Program-made: the position numbers and the translations under genes
Part shown: piece after piece, positions 52,107 to 64,000 of the stretch
How the letters are laid out: every line of letters starts with the position of its first letter
Position numbering within the stretch: the first letter of the stretch is position 1
Origin: Paragordius varius
Lineage: Eukaryota; Animalia; Nematomorpha
Length of the DNA: 64,000 nucleotides
Direction: 5' to 3'
Assembly: GCA_964247055.1 (NCBI GenBank)
Contig: OZ176057.1
Coordinates: forward strand, 3,286,001-3,350,000
The notes under the pieces: generated by a model
What the model was told of the DNA's origin: nothing
Database searches by the model: none
Seen by the model: the letters and a program-made list of their open reading frames with translations, nothing else

Positions 52107-53925
52107 CAGTGGTACTCACCAAAAAAATGTGACGGGCCAAATAAAATATATTTTTTTTTCGAGGGCCATGAACCTGAATATGGCAAATATTCCATAGCTA
52201 TTTGACACATATGCACATATTTAACTCTAAATCAGCACAATGAATTTTTTGCGGATCGCATGTAAATCCAGCTAAAAACGCGTTTTGCACCATTTAGTTT
52301 AAAAAATTAAATATTTTGATAACATTTATTTTGATATTCAATAATTTTTGACAAATTCGGTTTCGCCTCATGACAGGCCAATTTTAACATGTCGTCCATT
52401 TGATTCGGTTAAGCGATTTATGTATGTATTCTTGACATATTTCATTTTTGAATGTGCCGTCTCACACGTGTAAGTTGAGGGAAAAACAGTTAGGATAACT
52501 TACATTTTTAATATTTTCATATTTATTTTGCACATCTTGCCAAAACCCACATCTTTCTTCGCTATGATTTCCTTGAATATAGACTCCGAATTAGAATAAT
52601 TATTAGAATCTATGAATTCTATGATATGCGCCTGATCAAAACCGAAATGTTCAAGTTGCTTTTTATTGGATATATCCATATGCCATGACAATGAGTTATA
52701 ATGAATTTTTAAATATTTCCTTCTCGAATTTTAACTCATTAGATAGAAATGTTAAATGAATGTCTGTATTAAATTAATCTCCGCAGTAAATTCCATCTTT
52801 TCTTCATGAATCGTTTTAAGTGTTAGAAAATATGAGAGTGTATTTATATAATCTTGTTTATATATATTATTAATTTTTCTTCAAAAGCAAATATTTTAAT
52901 AGCAAATTGGGTTATTATTTTCCCTTGAAGACTTGTATTTTAGTAATGTCGCAAAGGCCGGCTAATAATCAGAAGTTGTTTTAAACGGAGGTTTATTTCT
53001 CTGCCACGGATGTGTTTAACTATATCCACTACGTTTTAGTTACTGAATTGGGTGATTCATCTTTTACACGCGAAACCAAGTTTTGCTGATGAATAAAGCA
53101 GGGAAAGGATAAAATATTTTGCAAATTATTTTGTTTTTTCAAAGACGAATAAATTTTTTGTTTATTCCAATCATAGAGGGACAGCCACCTGTGCAGATAC
53201 CAATATAGATATACCATTATTATCGTAAAAAGTTCTAATTATTTCGAGAAAATCGATTTCTTTCGTGTATTCTTCATTGGTAAAAATTTTAAATATTCCT
53301 CGTTGATTATGTTGTCCTTATATATGAGGCAGGTAACAACATTTTTATTTAAAACGACAAAAAAATTTTCTTCCCATTCTTTTATAAAGGAACGATTTTC
53401 ATCGGATAATTTACGTTTTTTACCATTAGATGTTATTCATTGAATTTATGTTTAAATATTATGTAAATTTTTTCAAAAAAATAGGAATATAATCTGAATT
53501 ATGCTATAAAAAAACAGGCGAAATTTAATGATCTTGATTTGAAAAATATTTATGGGCAGTTATTAAAAATGCAGGATAGCAATGAAAAGAATATGTATAT
53601 GGAAGTTTGGGTGAAAGGCTTGCTTAAATACAAAAAAAAATGGAATAAAAATTTCAAAATAGAAAAGAAAATAGAATACAGAGAAACAACGTATGCCAAA
53701 ATTTTAAAATCATTTTTATGTAGAGAAATTTTTCTACATTTCAAATTGGGTAAAAAATAAAACAAAATTAATTTTAAAGAAAATAGATTAATATTAAAAT
53801 AAGCGAAAATTTGTTTATGTGTACATCAATAAAAAAATAATTTAAGTATCAATATGGTCATAGGGCAATTTTAAAGCACTCTTAGGGCCGCATGCGGCCC
53901 GCGGGCCGCGGTTTGAGTATCACTG
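52107..53925 (-). mobile_element. Non-autonomous hAT DNA transposon (Buster/Charlie/SPIN-like), copy 1
   Basis: TIRs CAGTGGTACTCA / TGAGTATCACTG, perfect 8-bp TSD CAGTAGGG, subterminal GCGGCCCGCGGGCCGCATGCGGCCC, and a minus-strand transposase remnant with CFIHQQNL (CxxH motif). Confidence 0.93.
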
Positions 53926-54224
53926 CAGTAGGGTATCTGACACATAGGTCATGCGATGATGGTGTTTCTTCGGACGATGTTGTCCTTTTCCATTATTCTC
54001 ACATCCTTCCTTTGGACTCAGTTGGTCAGCGTGTTTTCAGATGATTTTGTTACCATCTCGTATTTCATATGAGAGTAATCTGAGTCGTTTATTTCCTTTT
54101 CGCATTGATTAGTTCATTTTTTATATATTTTTTTCGTATTCATGGTATTTGTGGTTCAGTTTTACACCTTCTAACAAGTCTGTCTGTTTATATTTTAGCC
54201 ATGTGATTGGATTGGGTAGGGTAT

Positions 54225-54542
54225 TGTTAGAGTGTAACTGACAGGCTAATTTGAATAGACCTGTTATTACACGATTAGGTTAAACACACATCATCCGTTA
54301 TATATCAGTACATTAACCTATTAACTTATCTGTATACTATAATTATATTATTATAACCTCCCCACCACTTGTGAATATCATTATTATACCTTGAGATAAT
54401 TGTATATAAGCAAACATCTCACCTTGATATATGTGAATACATTAAACCTAATTATCTTATATATATATATATATATATAGATCATGATATAACGCATGGT
54501 TTTTGTGATATACAATATATACATTGTCGTCCCCAGATAATA
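54225..54542 (+). repeat. 5' LTR of the younger Gypsy element
   Basis: Direct repeat of 58484-58836, differing by about 7 substitutions, small indels and (TA)n length; ends TG...TA. Confidence 0.95.
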
Positions 54543-54561
54543 TTGGTGGCCAAAACAAGAT

Positions 54562-57500
54562 ATGACAGACGAACCAATGAACACCACAGCTCCTCATGCT
54601 AGTATTGCGAATTTAGCCATAGAAAAATATAACGATAATAATAAATTTGAAGAGTACCTCGAGTATATTAGCAACGTACTCGAGGCAAAGGATATTCCAG
54701 TAACCGAAAGAACGCTTAAATCAACGATACTAGCATATGGCGGATTCATGATAGTAAGAAAGATTAACCAACACCTATACCCCAAGAAAATAAAAGACGC
54801 CACATGGGCGGAGATCACGGAAACAGGCAAAAAAATATTCAATCCGACATAATCAAAATTCCAAGGTCGTTTTGAATTTTATAGGCTGACGCAACGAGGG
54901 TGAAAGTTTTATCCAATTCCTTGAGCGTGTCAAGATAGGAGCTGAAGAAGCTCAATTTACTGAAGCCATAGAACAACGTATTCGTGATGCATTCGTAATA
55001 GGACTGCGACAGCCTCAACTAGAGATGGATATCCATTCCAGGTATCCAGATGCTTTGATAAACGGTATTCCTGTTCCACTAACAATCGTAGATCTCGCAC
55101 TAGCACATTAGTCTGCTAAGGCTGGATTACAAAATAACAATAATAGTAATAACAATAGCAATCGATACAGTAGCAATAATAATATCAATCGGTTACAACA
55201 TAATAAATTCAATCGACAAACAATAATAAAACCTTCTACCACATGTAAATATTGCGGCACCACACACCCACCCAACAAGTGTCCAGCCTGGAGACGATCC
55301 TGCAACAAATACGGAAAGCTGAACCATGTGTGGCCAAAAGACAAAGACCCAACTTCAATAGGCAATTGTTGAAGGAAATTAACGTGGGTCATAAGGCGCT
55401 AACTCCCTTACTGATAACACTAGTAATAAACGGGTTAAAAAAAGTTTTTATATATGATACCGGTTCGGACATTAGTGTAATAAACTTTGCCACATGGGAG
55501 CAAATCGGTAAACCCAAGCTGCGTCCGACACCCCCAGTAAAATCGTACAACAATACCACAGTGCCAATGATGGGGACAGCAAGTGTCAAGGTCCAGGTAA
55601 ATGGTAAACAAATGGCCGGGGACATATGTGTCCTATGCAAAACGATGGGGATGGCCCCGCTAATCTGTGGACTGGACTGGATGGCGAAATTCCAGATCGA
55701 GATGCCACAGGTTAAAGTTAATTATCTTAAATTGAATGAGATTTGTGAAAATTTTAAAAATTTATTCGAAAATAAGTCAGGGTGTTATAAGGACCCTGTA
55801 AAAATTCGCATTGCAGGGAATGCGATCCCGAAAATATGGCCATGTCGCAGGGTGCCTTTTCCATTAAGAGAAAAGGTGGAGAAAGAGCTGACGAGGCTAG
55901 AAAAGTTAGGCATTTTAGAACCGGTTGATCCTAACACCACACCTGTGACATGGGCCACGCCTACGGTTAATGTACTTAAACCGAATGGCGAATTAAGAAT
56001 ATGTAGTGATTTTCGGGTAACGATTAATAAGTGGTTGCAAGAAGACTCCCACATAATTCCCGCGTTTGATGAGTTGGTATCGAAAATAGGTGAAGGTATC
56101 ACATTCACGAAAATTGATTTAAAAGATGCTTACCTCCAGATGCCAGTGGCAGAGGAGTGTCAAGAATTGTTAACTATCTCAACACATAAAGGTTTTTTTA
56201 GATACAAACGCATGCCGTTTGGACTGGCCACGGCACCTATCATCTTCCAAAGAGTGATGGAACAAGTGCTGGCTGGAAGTTCGGGAACTTGCGTTATTTA
56301 GATGACGTCCTAGTGACTGGTAGGACGGAAAATGAGCACATTAACAATTTAAATAACGTATTAAGTCGTCTTGATAAGGCCGGATTTAAATTAAGACAAG
56401 ATAAAATAATGATAGGCGCAGAATCAGTAAACTATTTAGGGTTTGAAATATCGAAAAAGGGTATAAGCCCGTGTGAAAGCAAACTCAAAACAATTAAGGA
56501 ACTAAAAAGGCCGGTAGATAAAAAGTCGTTACGTAGTTTTTTAGGTTTTTTGACATTTCATGAACGCTTTATACCAAAATTACAAATGATAGTCGGTCCC
56601 TTACATGAATTAACTAGTAAAAATACGAGATGGTGTTGGACCGAGAAACATGAGGAAAGCTGGTTAGCAGCTAAGAATCTGTTAAGCGAAAAATTGTTTT
56701 TAACACCATATAATTCGAATAGGAAATTGATAATAGAAACTGATGCGTCAGATTTAGGATTCGGATGTATTCTAAGTCATGAAGTTAATAGTGAAAGGTT
56801 ACCGATAGCGTATGCCTCACAAAAGTGTAGCAACGCTGAAAGGATTTATTCCACTATAGAGAAGGAATTAAAAGCAATATTATTTGCGTTACGAAAGTTT
56901 CATAGTTTCATATATGGTAGAAAATTTATAATATTAACTGACCATTTACCTTTAGTAAAGTTATTAAATAGAGATCGAAATTTAAAAGAGATACATAATG
57001 CTAAAATACCTAGGTGGATTAATATGATAAATGAATACGACTTTAATATAAGTCATCAAAAAGAGGCTCAAAATAGAGCTGATTATTTATCGAGATGGCC
57101 GATTGACGAGATCGTTGCCTATGATGAAGATTATGCGACCAGATATTTGAGATTTTTGAATTGTCATAACGTGCGGTTAAGCAGAGATGAAATTAGAAAA
57201 GAAACATTAGATTCAGTATTACAAAAAGTAATTAAAGCGTTAAACAACCATGACTGGAGTTCTCCAGAATTAAAAAAGTTTGTAAACCGTAAAGACGAGT
57301 TGGCATATCAATATGGCTTATTAAGTTTAAATGATCGGATTGTAATTCCGAAACCCCTCCAAAAAAAGGTGGTGAGATACCTACACAGCGGGCATAACAA
57401 CGTAGAGACCATGAAAGCGATGGCCAGATTTACGTGTTATTGGCCAGAATTAGAAAATGACCTGGTAAAAGCCAGTAGTCAATGCGAATCGTGCCACGTA

Positions 57501-58470
57501 GTAGGCCGAATGTCACTCAGAATTCCACGTATCAGTGGGATCATAATGTTGCTGTGTGGGAGCGTTTGCATATTGATATAGCCGGACCGGTAGACGGTTT
57601 GTATTGGTTGTTGATAATTGATAGTGCCTCGAAATGGGCAGAAGGATTTATGTTGAAAAAGGTAACCGCAGCGAATATCCACAAATTAGAAGAAACGTTT
57701 GCAAGGTTTGGTTTGCAAGAGAGATCGTGAGCGATAACGCTTCGTACTTCAGTAACAAGTACTTTACGTCAACCTTAAGTACGTTAGGGGTGAAACATAT
57801 TAAGGTTACCCCCTACCACCCTAAGAGTAATGGGATGGTAGAAAGGTTAGTAGGTACAATAAAAAATAAATATAAAAGAATAAAAAATAATGGGTTATCC
57901 ACCCACGAAGCGTTTAACACTAGCTTATGGGCGTATAGAAATTCTATACACTCAACAACGAAAGATACCCTGGCCCAGTTAATGTTTAAGCGTACCCCCC
58001 ATACGCCCTTAACCTGGTTAAATAGTAGGGAGAGATTGTTAGATGCACCGGCCCCCCGACGGCAGTTTGCCATTAATGACCAGGTAATGATTAAAAATGA
58101 ATTAAGTCCAGGGTGGCGCACCGGAGAGATTACGGACCGTACAGGGTTATTTTCATACAAGGTATGGGACAAGAACCGAGACAAAGTTGTGAGGAAACAC
58201 GCTGACCAAATAGTACAACAACCACAACCACAGCCGACCACTGCCAGCAACACAAATGAGGAGGAGGTAACCACTGCCACGGATGATGGAACAATCGCTG
58301 AAACGCAACCAAACACGATCAATTCAAGGGACGAAATCGAACTTACTCCGACAGCCGAAAGTCCAAATAATAATAATAGCCAGAAACCTGAGACTATCTA
58401 CTCCCCCGCTAAAACACAAGAACGGCGGTACCCGACAAGAAATCGGCAGAAACCTGCCCGCTTTCGTTAG
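54562..58470 (+). pseudogene. gag-pol of the younger Gypsy element, broken by stops and frameshifts
   Basis: ORF pieces 54562-54852, 55252-56301, 56289-57581, 57482-57730 and 57634-58470 join into one gag-PR-RT-RH-IN polyprotein only through frameshifts (for example at ~56290, just before YLDD) and in-frame stops in gag. Confidence 0.9.
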
Positions 58471-58483
58471 GGGGGGGAAGTGA

Positions 58484-58717
58484 TGTTAGAGTGTAACTGA
58501 CAGGCTAATTTGAATAGACCTGTTATTACACGATTAGGGTAAACACACAACATTCGTTATATATCAGTACATTAACCTATTAACTTATCTGTATACTATT
58601 ATTATATTATTATAACCTCCCCACCACTTGTGAATATTATTATTATACCTTGAGATAATTGTATATAAGCAAACATCTCACCTTGATAAATGTGAATACA
58701 TTAAACCTAATTATCTT

Positions 58718-58770
<53 letters not shown>

Positions 58771-58836
58771 TCATGATATAACGCAAGGTTTTTGTGATAT
58801 ACAATATATACTTTACATTGTCGTCCCCAGATAATA
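58484..58836 (+). repeat. 3' LTR of the younger Gypsy element
   Basis: Direct repeat of 54225-54542, preceded by the polypurine tract and followed by the TSD GGTAT. Confidence 0.95.
58720..58768. repeat. (TA)n microsatellite inside the 3' LTR
   Basis: Pure TA run, longer than its counterpart in the 5' LTR (~54459-54479). Other (TA)n tracts at ~24-48, ~3765-3790, ~11343-11365 and ~45063-45085. Confidence 0.9.
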
Positions 58837-60738
58837 GGTATGTTTTAGGAAAAGTTGAGCGGGACATGTATTTGTAGCACTGTGTATGTTAGTGCGGTAT
58901 CCCCAAAGCGTGTTGTTTATTTATTTTTATTGTGGGTCACCGGCTTCTGCTGACCGATAATGTGTTTTGAGGGTATATATCACTCGTTCCACCATTCCGT
59001 TCGTTTTTGGATGATAGGGAACTGATATTACATGATTAATGTTTCCCGTTTCCATGATTTTTTTAAGCTAATCAGATGTAAAGTAACGTTGTCGGTTACT
59101 ATCATTCTTGGAGATCCATATCGACTCAAACATTCGTCTAAATTTAAGATATTTTTAGTCGATATCATTTTCGATAGTTTAACTTCGACCCATCGAGAAT
59201 AATTGTCAATAAGAACTCTCCAATAAAAATTGTCTATCGGGCCTGCTATATTTAGATGTAATCTCTCCCATATTGCTGTAGTGTTCCAATTGTATGAGGG
59301 ATTCAGTTGGCATCGGACGGTTTTCTTGACATTTTTTACACGTATCTACACTTTTTTATGTCGCTTTCCATGTTTGCCAAAAAATTATTTGTCTTTCTGG
59401 TTCGTACATTGCTCTGACCGCGGGTGTCCGTAATGTAATAAATGTAAGAAATTATTTTAAGATTCGGGAATCATTAATCTATGCCAATATAATAACCCGT
59501 GCGTATTTTCAATTTCATTTCTAAAACTGTGGAATGGATGTAATGTTTGAATGCAATTGTTTGCTCTTAGTGCACTTATTACCTGTTTTAATCAGAGTCG
59601 GTTGGTCTGGCTAATATGGTCACGATTTATATTGAATAGATTACTATTGACAAACCTTAGTGTTCTGCTATTTGAAGGCATTCTGTGTCTTGTTGTTGTA
59701 GATCTGTCGGCATGCGAGACAATTGATTGGCAATGTTTTTGGCTTTTAATGTACCGTAGATGGTAATTCGGCTTTATAAATTCAACGTAGTATCTTAAAA
59801 TCGTTTTTTGGTCTAGTTTACGATTATTTCCCAACAGCTTTATTAGTGGTTTGTGATCAGTACTCAGTTCAAACTTCTTCCCCGTAATAAACGTTTTAAT
59901 TTTTATAAAAACGAAACGTATAGCTTGTGATTCCTTTTTTATCACTGAATTTTTTCGGGTTCAGACTACTTTCTTCATACCTAGGCAATCGGTTTATTTA
60001 TGCTCTCCAGCGTGATCTGTAGTAATACTGATCCCTACCCTTTATTCAGAGCATCTGTTCTGAATAGGTAACTCAGGGTTGAACGGAGTTGGTTTAACAG
60101 TATAGCATATTAAATTTTTGGCTCTGTTAAAACAATCCTTGTTTTATAACTGCTTAGGTCGTGAAGTACAGCCAAAATTCCATGCAATTTTGGGAGGAAT
60201 CATGTGTGCAAATTTAGTAATAAGAAAGACTTGAGTGTTGTTTTGTTAGTGGGTTTTGGGAAGTCTTGTATGGCTATAACTTTATCGGCGGCTGGTCAGA
60301 TGTCGTTGTTTGACATAACATATCCTAAATAGCTTACAGACGGTTGAAAAAGTTTTAGTTTTCTTTTACTTAATATTCGTCTAGACGTTTAAATACCCTT
60401 TCTAAGTCTCTTATGTGCGCTTCGGTTTGTCCCTCTTATTAAAATATCGTCTAAATATACAGTTGTTTCTGACAGTTATTTAAATTTTATCCATTAATCT
60501 TAAAAAATGCAGGGGGCGCCTATTAGACCAAAGAGAAGTTTTTATATATAAAATACCCTAGGGTTGTTGTAATTCTTAGAAACTTTTGATTTTCTTGATC
60601 TATTGGCAATTGTAAAAAGTGTCTTTTAAATCGATTAACAAAAATGATTCTCTTCATCTTTTGGAAACTAATTCGTCAACGGAATATTATGGCTGTCATC
60701 TACTAAATACGAATTTATTGTACCACGATAATCTACAC

Positions 60739-62560
60739 CAGTGGTACTCACCAAAAAAATGTGACGGGCCAAATAAAATATATTTTTTTTTCGAGGGCCA
60801 TGAACCTGAATATGGCAAATATTCCATAGCTATTTGACACATATGCACATATTTAACTCTAAATCAGCACAATGAATTTTTTGCGGATCGCATGTAAATC
60901 CAGCTAAAAACGCGTTTTGCACCATTTAGTTTAAAAAATTAAATATTTTGATAACATTTATTTTGATATTCAATAATTTTTGACAAATTCGGTTTCGCCT
61001 CATGACAGGCCAATTTTAACATGTCGTCCATTTGATTCGGTTAAGCGATTTATGTATGTATTCTTGACATATTTCATTTTTGAATGTGCCGTCTCACACG
61101 TGTAAGTTGAGGGAAAAACAGTTAGGATAACTTACATTTTTAATATTTTCATATTTATTTTGCACATCTTGCCAAAACCCACATCTTTCTTCGCTATGAT
61201 TTCCTTGAATATAGACTCCGAATTAGAATAATTATTAGAATCTATGAATTCTATGATATGCGCCTGATCAAAACCGAAATGTTCAAGTTGCTTTTTATTG
61301 GATATATCCATATGCCATGACAATGAGTTATAATGAATTTTTAAATATTTCCTTCTCGAATTTTAACTCATTAGATAGAAATGTTAAATGAATGTCTGTA
61401 TTAAATTAATCTCCGCAGTAAATTCCATCTTTTCTTCATGAATCGTTTTAAGTGTTAGAAAATATGAGAGTGTATTTATATAATCTTGTTTATATATATT
61501 ATTAATTTTTCTTCAAAAGCAAATATTTTAATAGCAAATTGGGTTATTATTTTCCCTTGAAGACTTGTATTTTAGTAATGTCGCAAAGGCCGGCTAATAA
61601 TCAGAAGTTGTTTTAAACGGAGGTTTATTTCTCTGCCACGGATGTGTTTAACTATATCCACTACGTTTTAGTTACTGAATTGGGTGATTCATCTTTTACA
61701 CGCGAAACCAAGTTTTGCTGATGAATAAAGCAGGGAAAGGATAAAATATTTTGCAAATTATTTTGTTTTTTCAAAGACGAATAAATTTTTTGTTTATTCC
61801 AATCATAGAGGGACAGCCACCTGTGCAGATACCAATATAGATATACCATTATTATCGTAAAAAGTTCTAATTATTTCGAGAAAATCGATTTCTTTCGTGT
61901 ATTCTTCATTGGTAAAAATTTTAAATATTCCTCGTTGATTATGTTGTCCTTATATATGAGGCAGGTAACAACATTTTTATTTAAAACGACAAAAAAATTT
62001 TCTTCCCATTCTTTTATAAAGGAACGATTTTCATCGGATAATTTACGTTTTTTACCATTAGATGTTATTCATTGAATTTATGTTTAAATATTATGTAAAT
62101 TTTTTCAAAAAAATAGGAATATAATCTGAATTATGCTATAAAAAAACAGGCGAAATTTAATGATCTTGATTTGAAAAATATTTATGGGCAGTTATTAAAA
62201 ATGATGCAGGATAGCAATGAAAAGAATATGTATATGGAAGTTTGGGTGAAAGGCTTGCTTAAATACAAAAAAAAATGGAATAAAAATTTCAAAATAGAAA
62301 AGAAAATAGAATACAGAGAAACAACGTATGCCAAAATTTTAAAATCATTTTTATGTAGAGAAATTTTTCTACATTTCAAATTGGGTAAAAAATAAAACAA
62401 AATTAATTTTAAAGAAAATAGATTAATATTAAAATAAGCGAAAATTTGTTTATGTGTACATCAATAAAAAAATAATTTAAGTATCAATATGGTCATAGGG
62501 CAATTTTAAAGCACTCTTAGGGCCGCATGCGGCCCGCGGGCCGCGGTTTGAGTATCACTG
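60739..62560 (-). mobile_element. Non-autonomous hAT DNA transposon (Buster/Charlie/SPIN-like), copy 2
   Basis: Near-identical to 52107-53925 (a 3-nt insertion at ~62201 is visible), with a different perfect 8-bp TSD ATCTACAC. Confidence 0.93.
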
Positions 62561-64000
62561 ATCTACACATAACCTTAAGGCATCATTCGCTTTTGTTATA
62601 AAAATAGGGGTGACCCAAGTTGGTTTCTCAGTCGTAGTAATGATTTGATTATGTTCGCTTCTAAAAGTCTCTTAATTTCAGAGTCGACTTTTCTAATAAT
62701 ATGCGGCGACACTTAAATATTTTTGATTTTGTATTGTTTTTAAAAATAAAGTTTGATAGGGGAATGAACACCCTTTTCACGGAAAAGTGAAATAATTTTA
62801 TTAAGTGAATTTTCCTCAAATATATTATTAATAAAGTATTTACGACAATTTATCAACTGTTTAACGGCATTGAATTCTAGCTGATCAACCAAGAATTGAA
62901 GCCTCCTAGCCGTTACAACCATACACGCCAAACATTTTTGTACACTGACCATGCACCTACCCTTGGAATTGATTTTTTGTCCACCATAGCTATACAGATC
63001 TGGACCTGTTTGTTGCAACTCGAGCTCCCCAATTTTTTCCCACGCTTGACAATCAATTATAGATACACTTGAACCTGTGTCTATAATCATGCGTATTGGC
63101 TTACAACTAATTACTATTGGTATTTTAGGGGTGTCTCTACATTCGATATGTTGAACGTTGCTTATCATACATTCGATACACTGGTTGCTAATCATTTTCC
63201 TATTACAGTACAGTTGGAAGTGATTTCAGCCTTAACACTTATCGTTGTTTGCCCCAAGCTGGGCATCTGCCGGGTGGATGACCTAAACCGCAGAATCGAC
63301 AATTGTTTTGGTATTTTCGAGCTGTAGTCTGCAATATGTGGCCATCTATTGTTGCTAATTGATGTGCCTTTTTACAATTGAGCAATGTCTACAGCTTATT
63401 TTAGGGTTTTGGTTATGTTTTCCCACATAATTTCGGCGAATCTAGTAAACAGATCTAATTTAATTTTCGACTCCCAGGCCTGCAATGAAAGCGTGGCGCA
63501 TTTTTCATCGACGTCAAGCTTGAAGTTCCATTTTGTGGCTATGGTTTTGACTCGTAAAAGAAATTTCGTAAATGTTTCATTCTCTTTACGACGAAGTTTT
63601 ACGAAATTAAATCTGGGCTGGAATTTAATTGTCCTATTCAATTAGTAAATTTTTCTTTCGGTTTCAATGATGTTGAGCCAGGAAATATTACCGAGCAAAT
63701 TCGGGAAAAGGAATTGTTCGATTTTCTAGGTGACCGACATTCGTAAGCTAGAAATAATGTCCTGCAATTGTTGTCGCTTGTGGTGAGTTTTTTGCAACTA
63801 GCATTCGCTGAATGTTAAAACGTATCGGTTCGTTTTATTAAAAGTTCCCTAGGAATTTTTGCCAGGTTCATCACCCCAAGGGAGGGTTATATCACAAAAA
63901 ATATACTAACTATTTTGATTGAAGATACAATTAACATTAACTAAGTGTGTCATAAAGTGTTATTGTTTGCAATTATATAGGTGATTGTGTCCACGAAAGT

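Larger units (their letters stand above)
54225..58836 (+). mobile_element. Full-length Ty3/Gypsy LTR retrotransposon (Mag-like), decaying
   Basis: LTRs at 54225-54542 and 58484-58836, exact 5-bp TSD GGTAT (54220-54224 / 58837-58841), PBS-like TGGTGGCC at ~54544, polypurine tract AGGGGGGGGAAG at ~58469-58480. Domain order gag (CKYCGTTH..CPA knuckle), PR (YDTGS), RT (KIDLKDAY, RMPFGL, YLDD), RNase H (TDAS, TDH), integrase (H..H..C..C, HIDIAGP, SDN, PYHPKSNGMVER). Confidence 0.97.
51814..64000 (-). mobile_element. Older degenerate Ty3/Gypsy LTR retrotransposon, interrupted by three insertions; 5' LTR runs off the window
   Basis: Minus-strand remnants: gag (~63640-63400, QPRFNFVKLRRKENETF), protease (IIDTGSSVSII, ~63080), RT (TTVYLDDI at ~60450), RNase H (LSTDHKPL, ~59870) and integrase (AGPIDNFYW, PYHPKTNGMVERV at ~59000). 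Diverged LTR pair ~51814-51936 (starts TGTTAAG after the PPT GGACAGGGAAAGAG) and ~63889->64000. Confidence 0.85.

Noticed and set aside
60739-62560. Segmental duplication or assembly artefact explanation for the repeat of 52107-53925
   Set aside because: Each copy has intact TIRs and its own distinct perfect 8-bp TSD, which indicates independent transposition.
1-64000. tRNA, rRNA or snRNA genes
   Set aside because: No cloverleaf, T-loop (GTTCRA) context or rRNA/snRNA motifs were recognised by eye; a tRNAscan-SE/Infernal run would be needed to exclude them fully.

Overview
Very AT-rich eukaryotic (metazoan, most likely invertebrate) genomic DNA with spliceosomal genes and dense transposon debris. 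Four host genes can be reconstructed by hand: NPL4/NPLOC4 (+, 5' end outside the window, 427-15970), the RNA polymerase III subunit RPC5/POLR3E (-, 24257-16141, tail-to-tail with NPL4), Axin (+, 39398-44466) and an intronless divergent 7TM/GPCR-like ORF (-, 50930-49719). The most striking observation is that the first four introns of POLR3E are only 21, 22, 27 and 26 nt long (all GT-AG; three are required to keep the reading frame), while later introns of the same gene are 65 nt to about 1.4 kb and carry transposons. The last 12 kb is a nested transposon cluster: an old minus-strand Ty3/Gypsy element interrupted by two near-identical Buster-type hAT elements and a younger full-length Ty3/Gypsy element with TG...TA LTRs. 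Other repeats include a Blackjack-type hAT nested in a hAT MITE, a non-autonomous Helitron family and several MITE families, two of which share TATACCATTT termini and about 21-bp subterminal tandem repeats. No rRNA, tRNA or CRISPR array was seen. Homology statements rest on recalled protein motifs, not on database searches.
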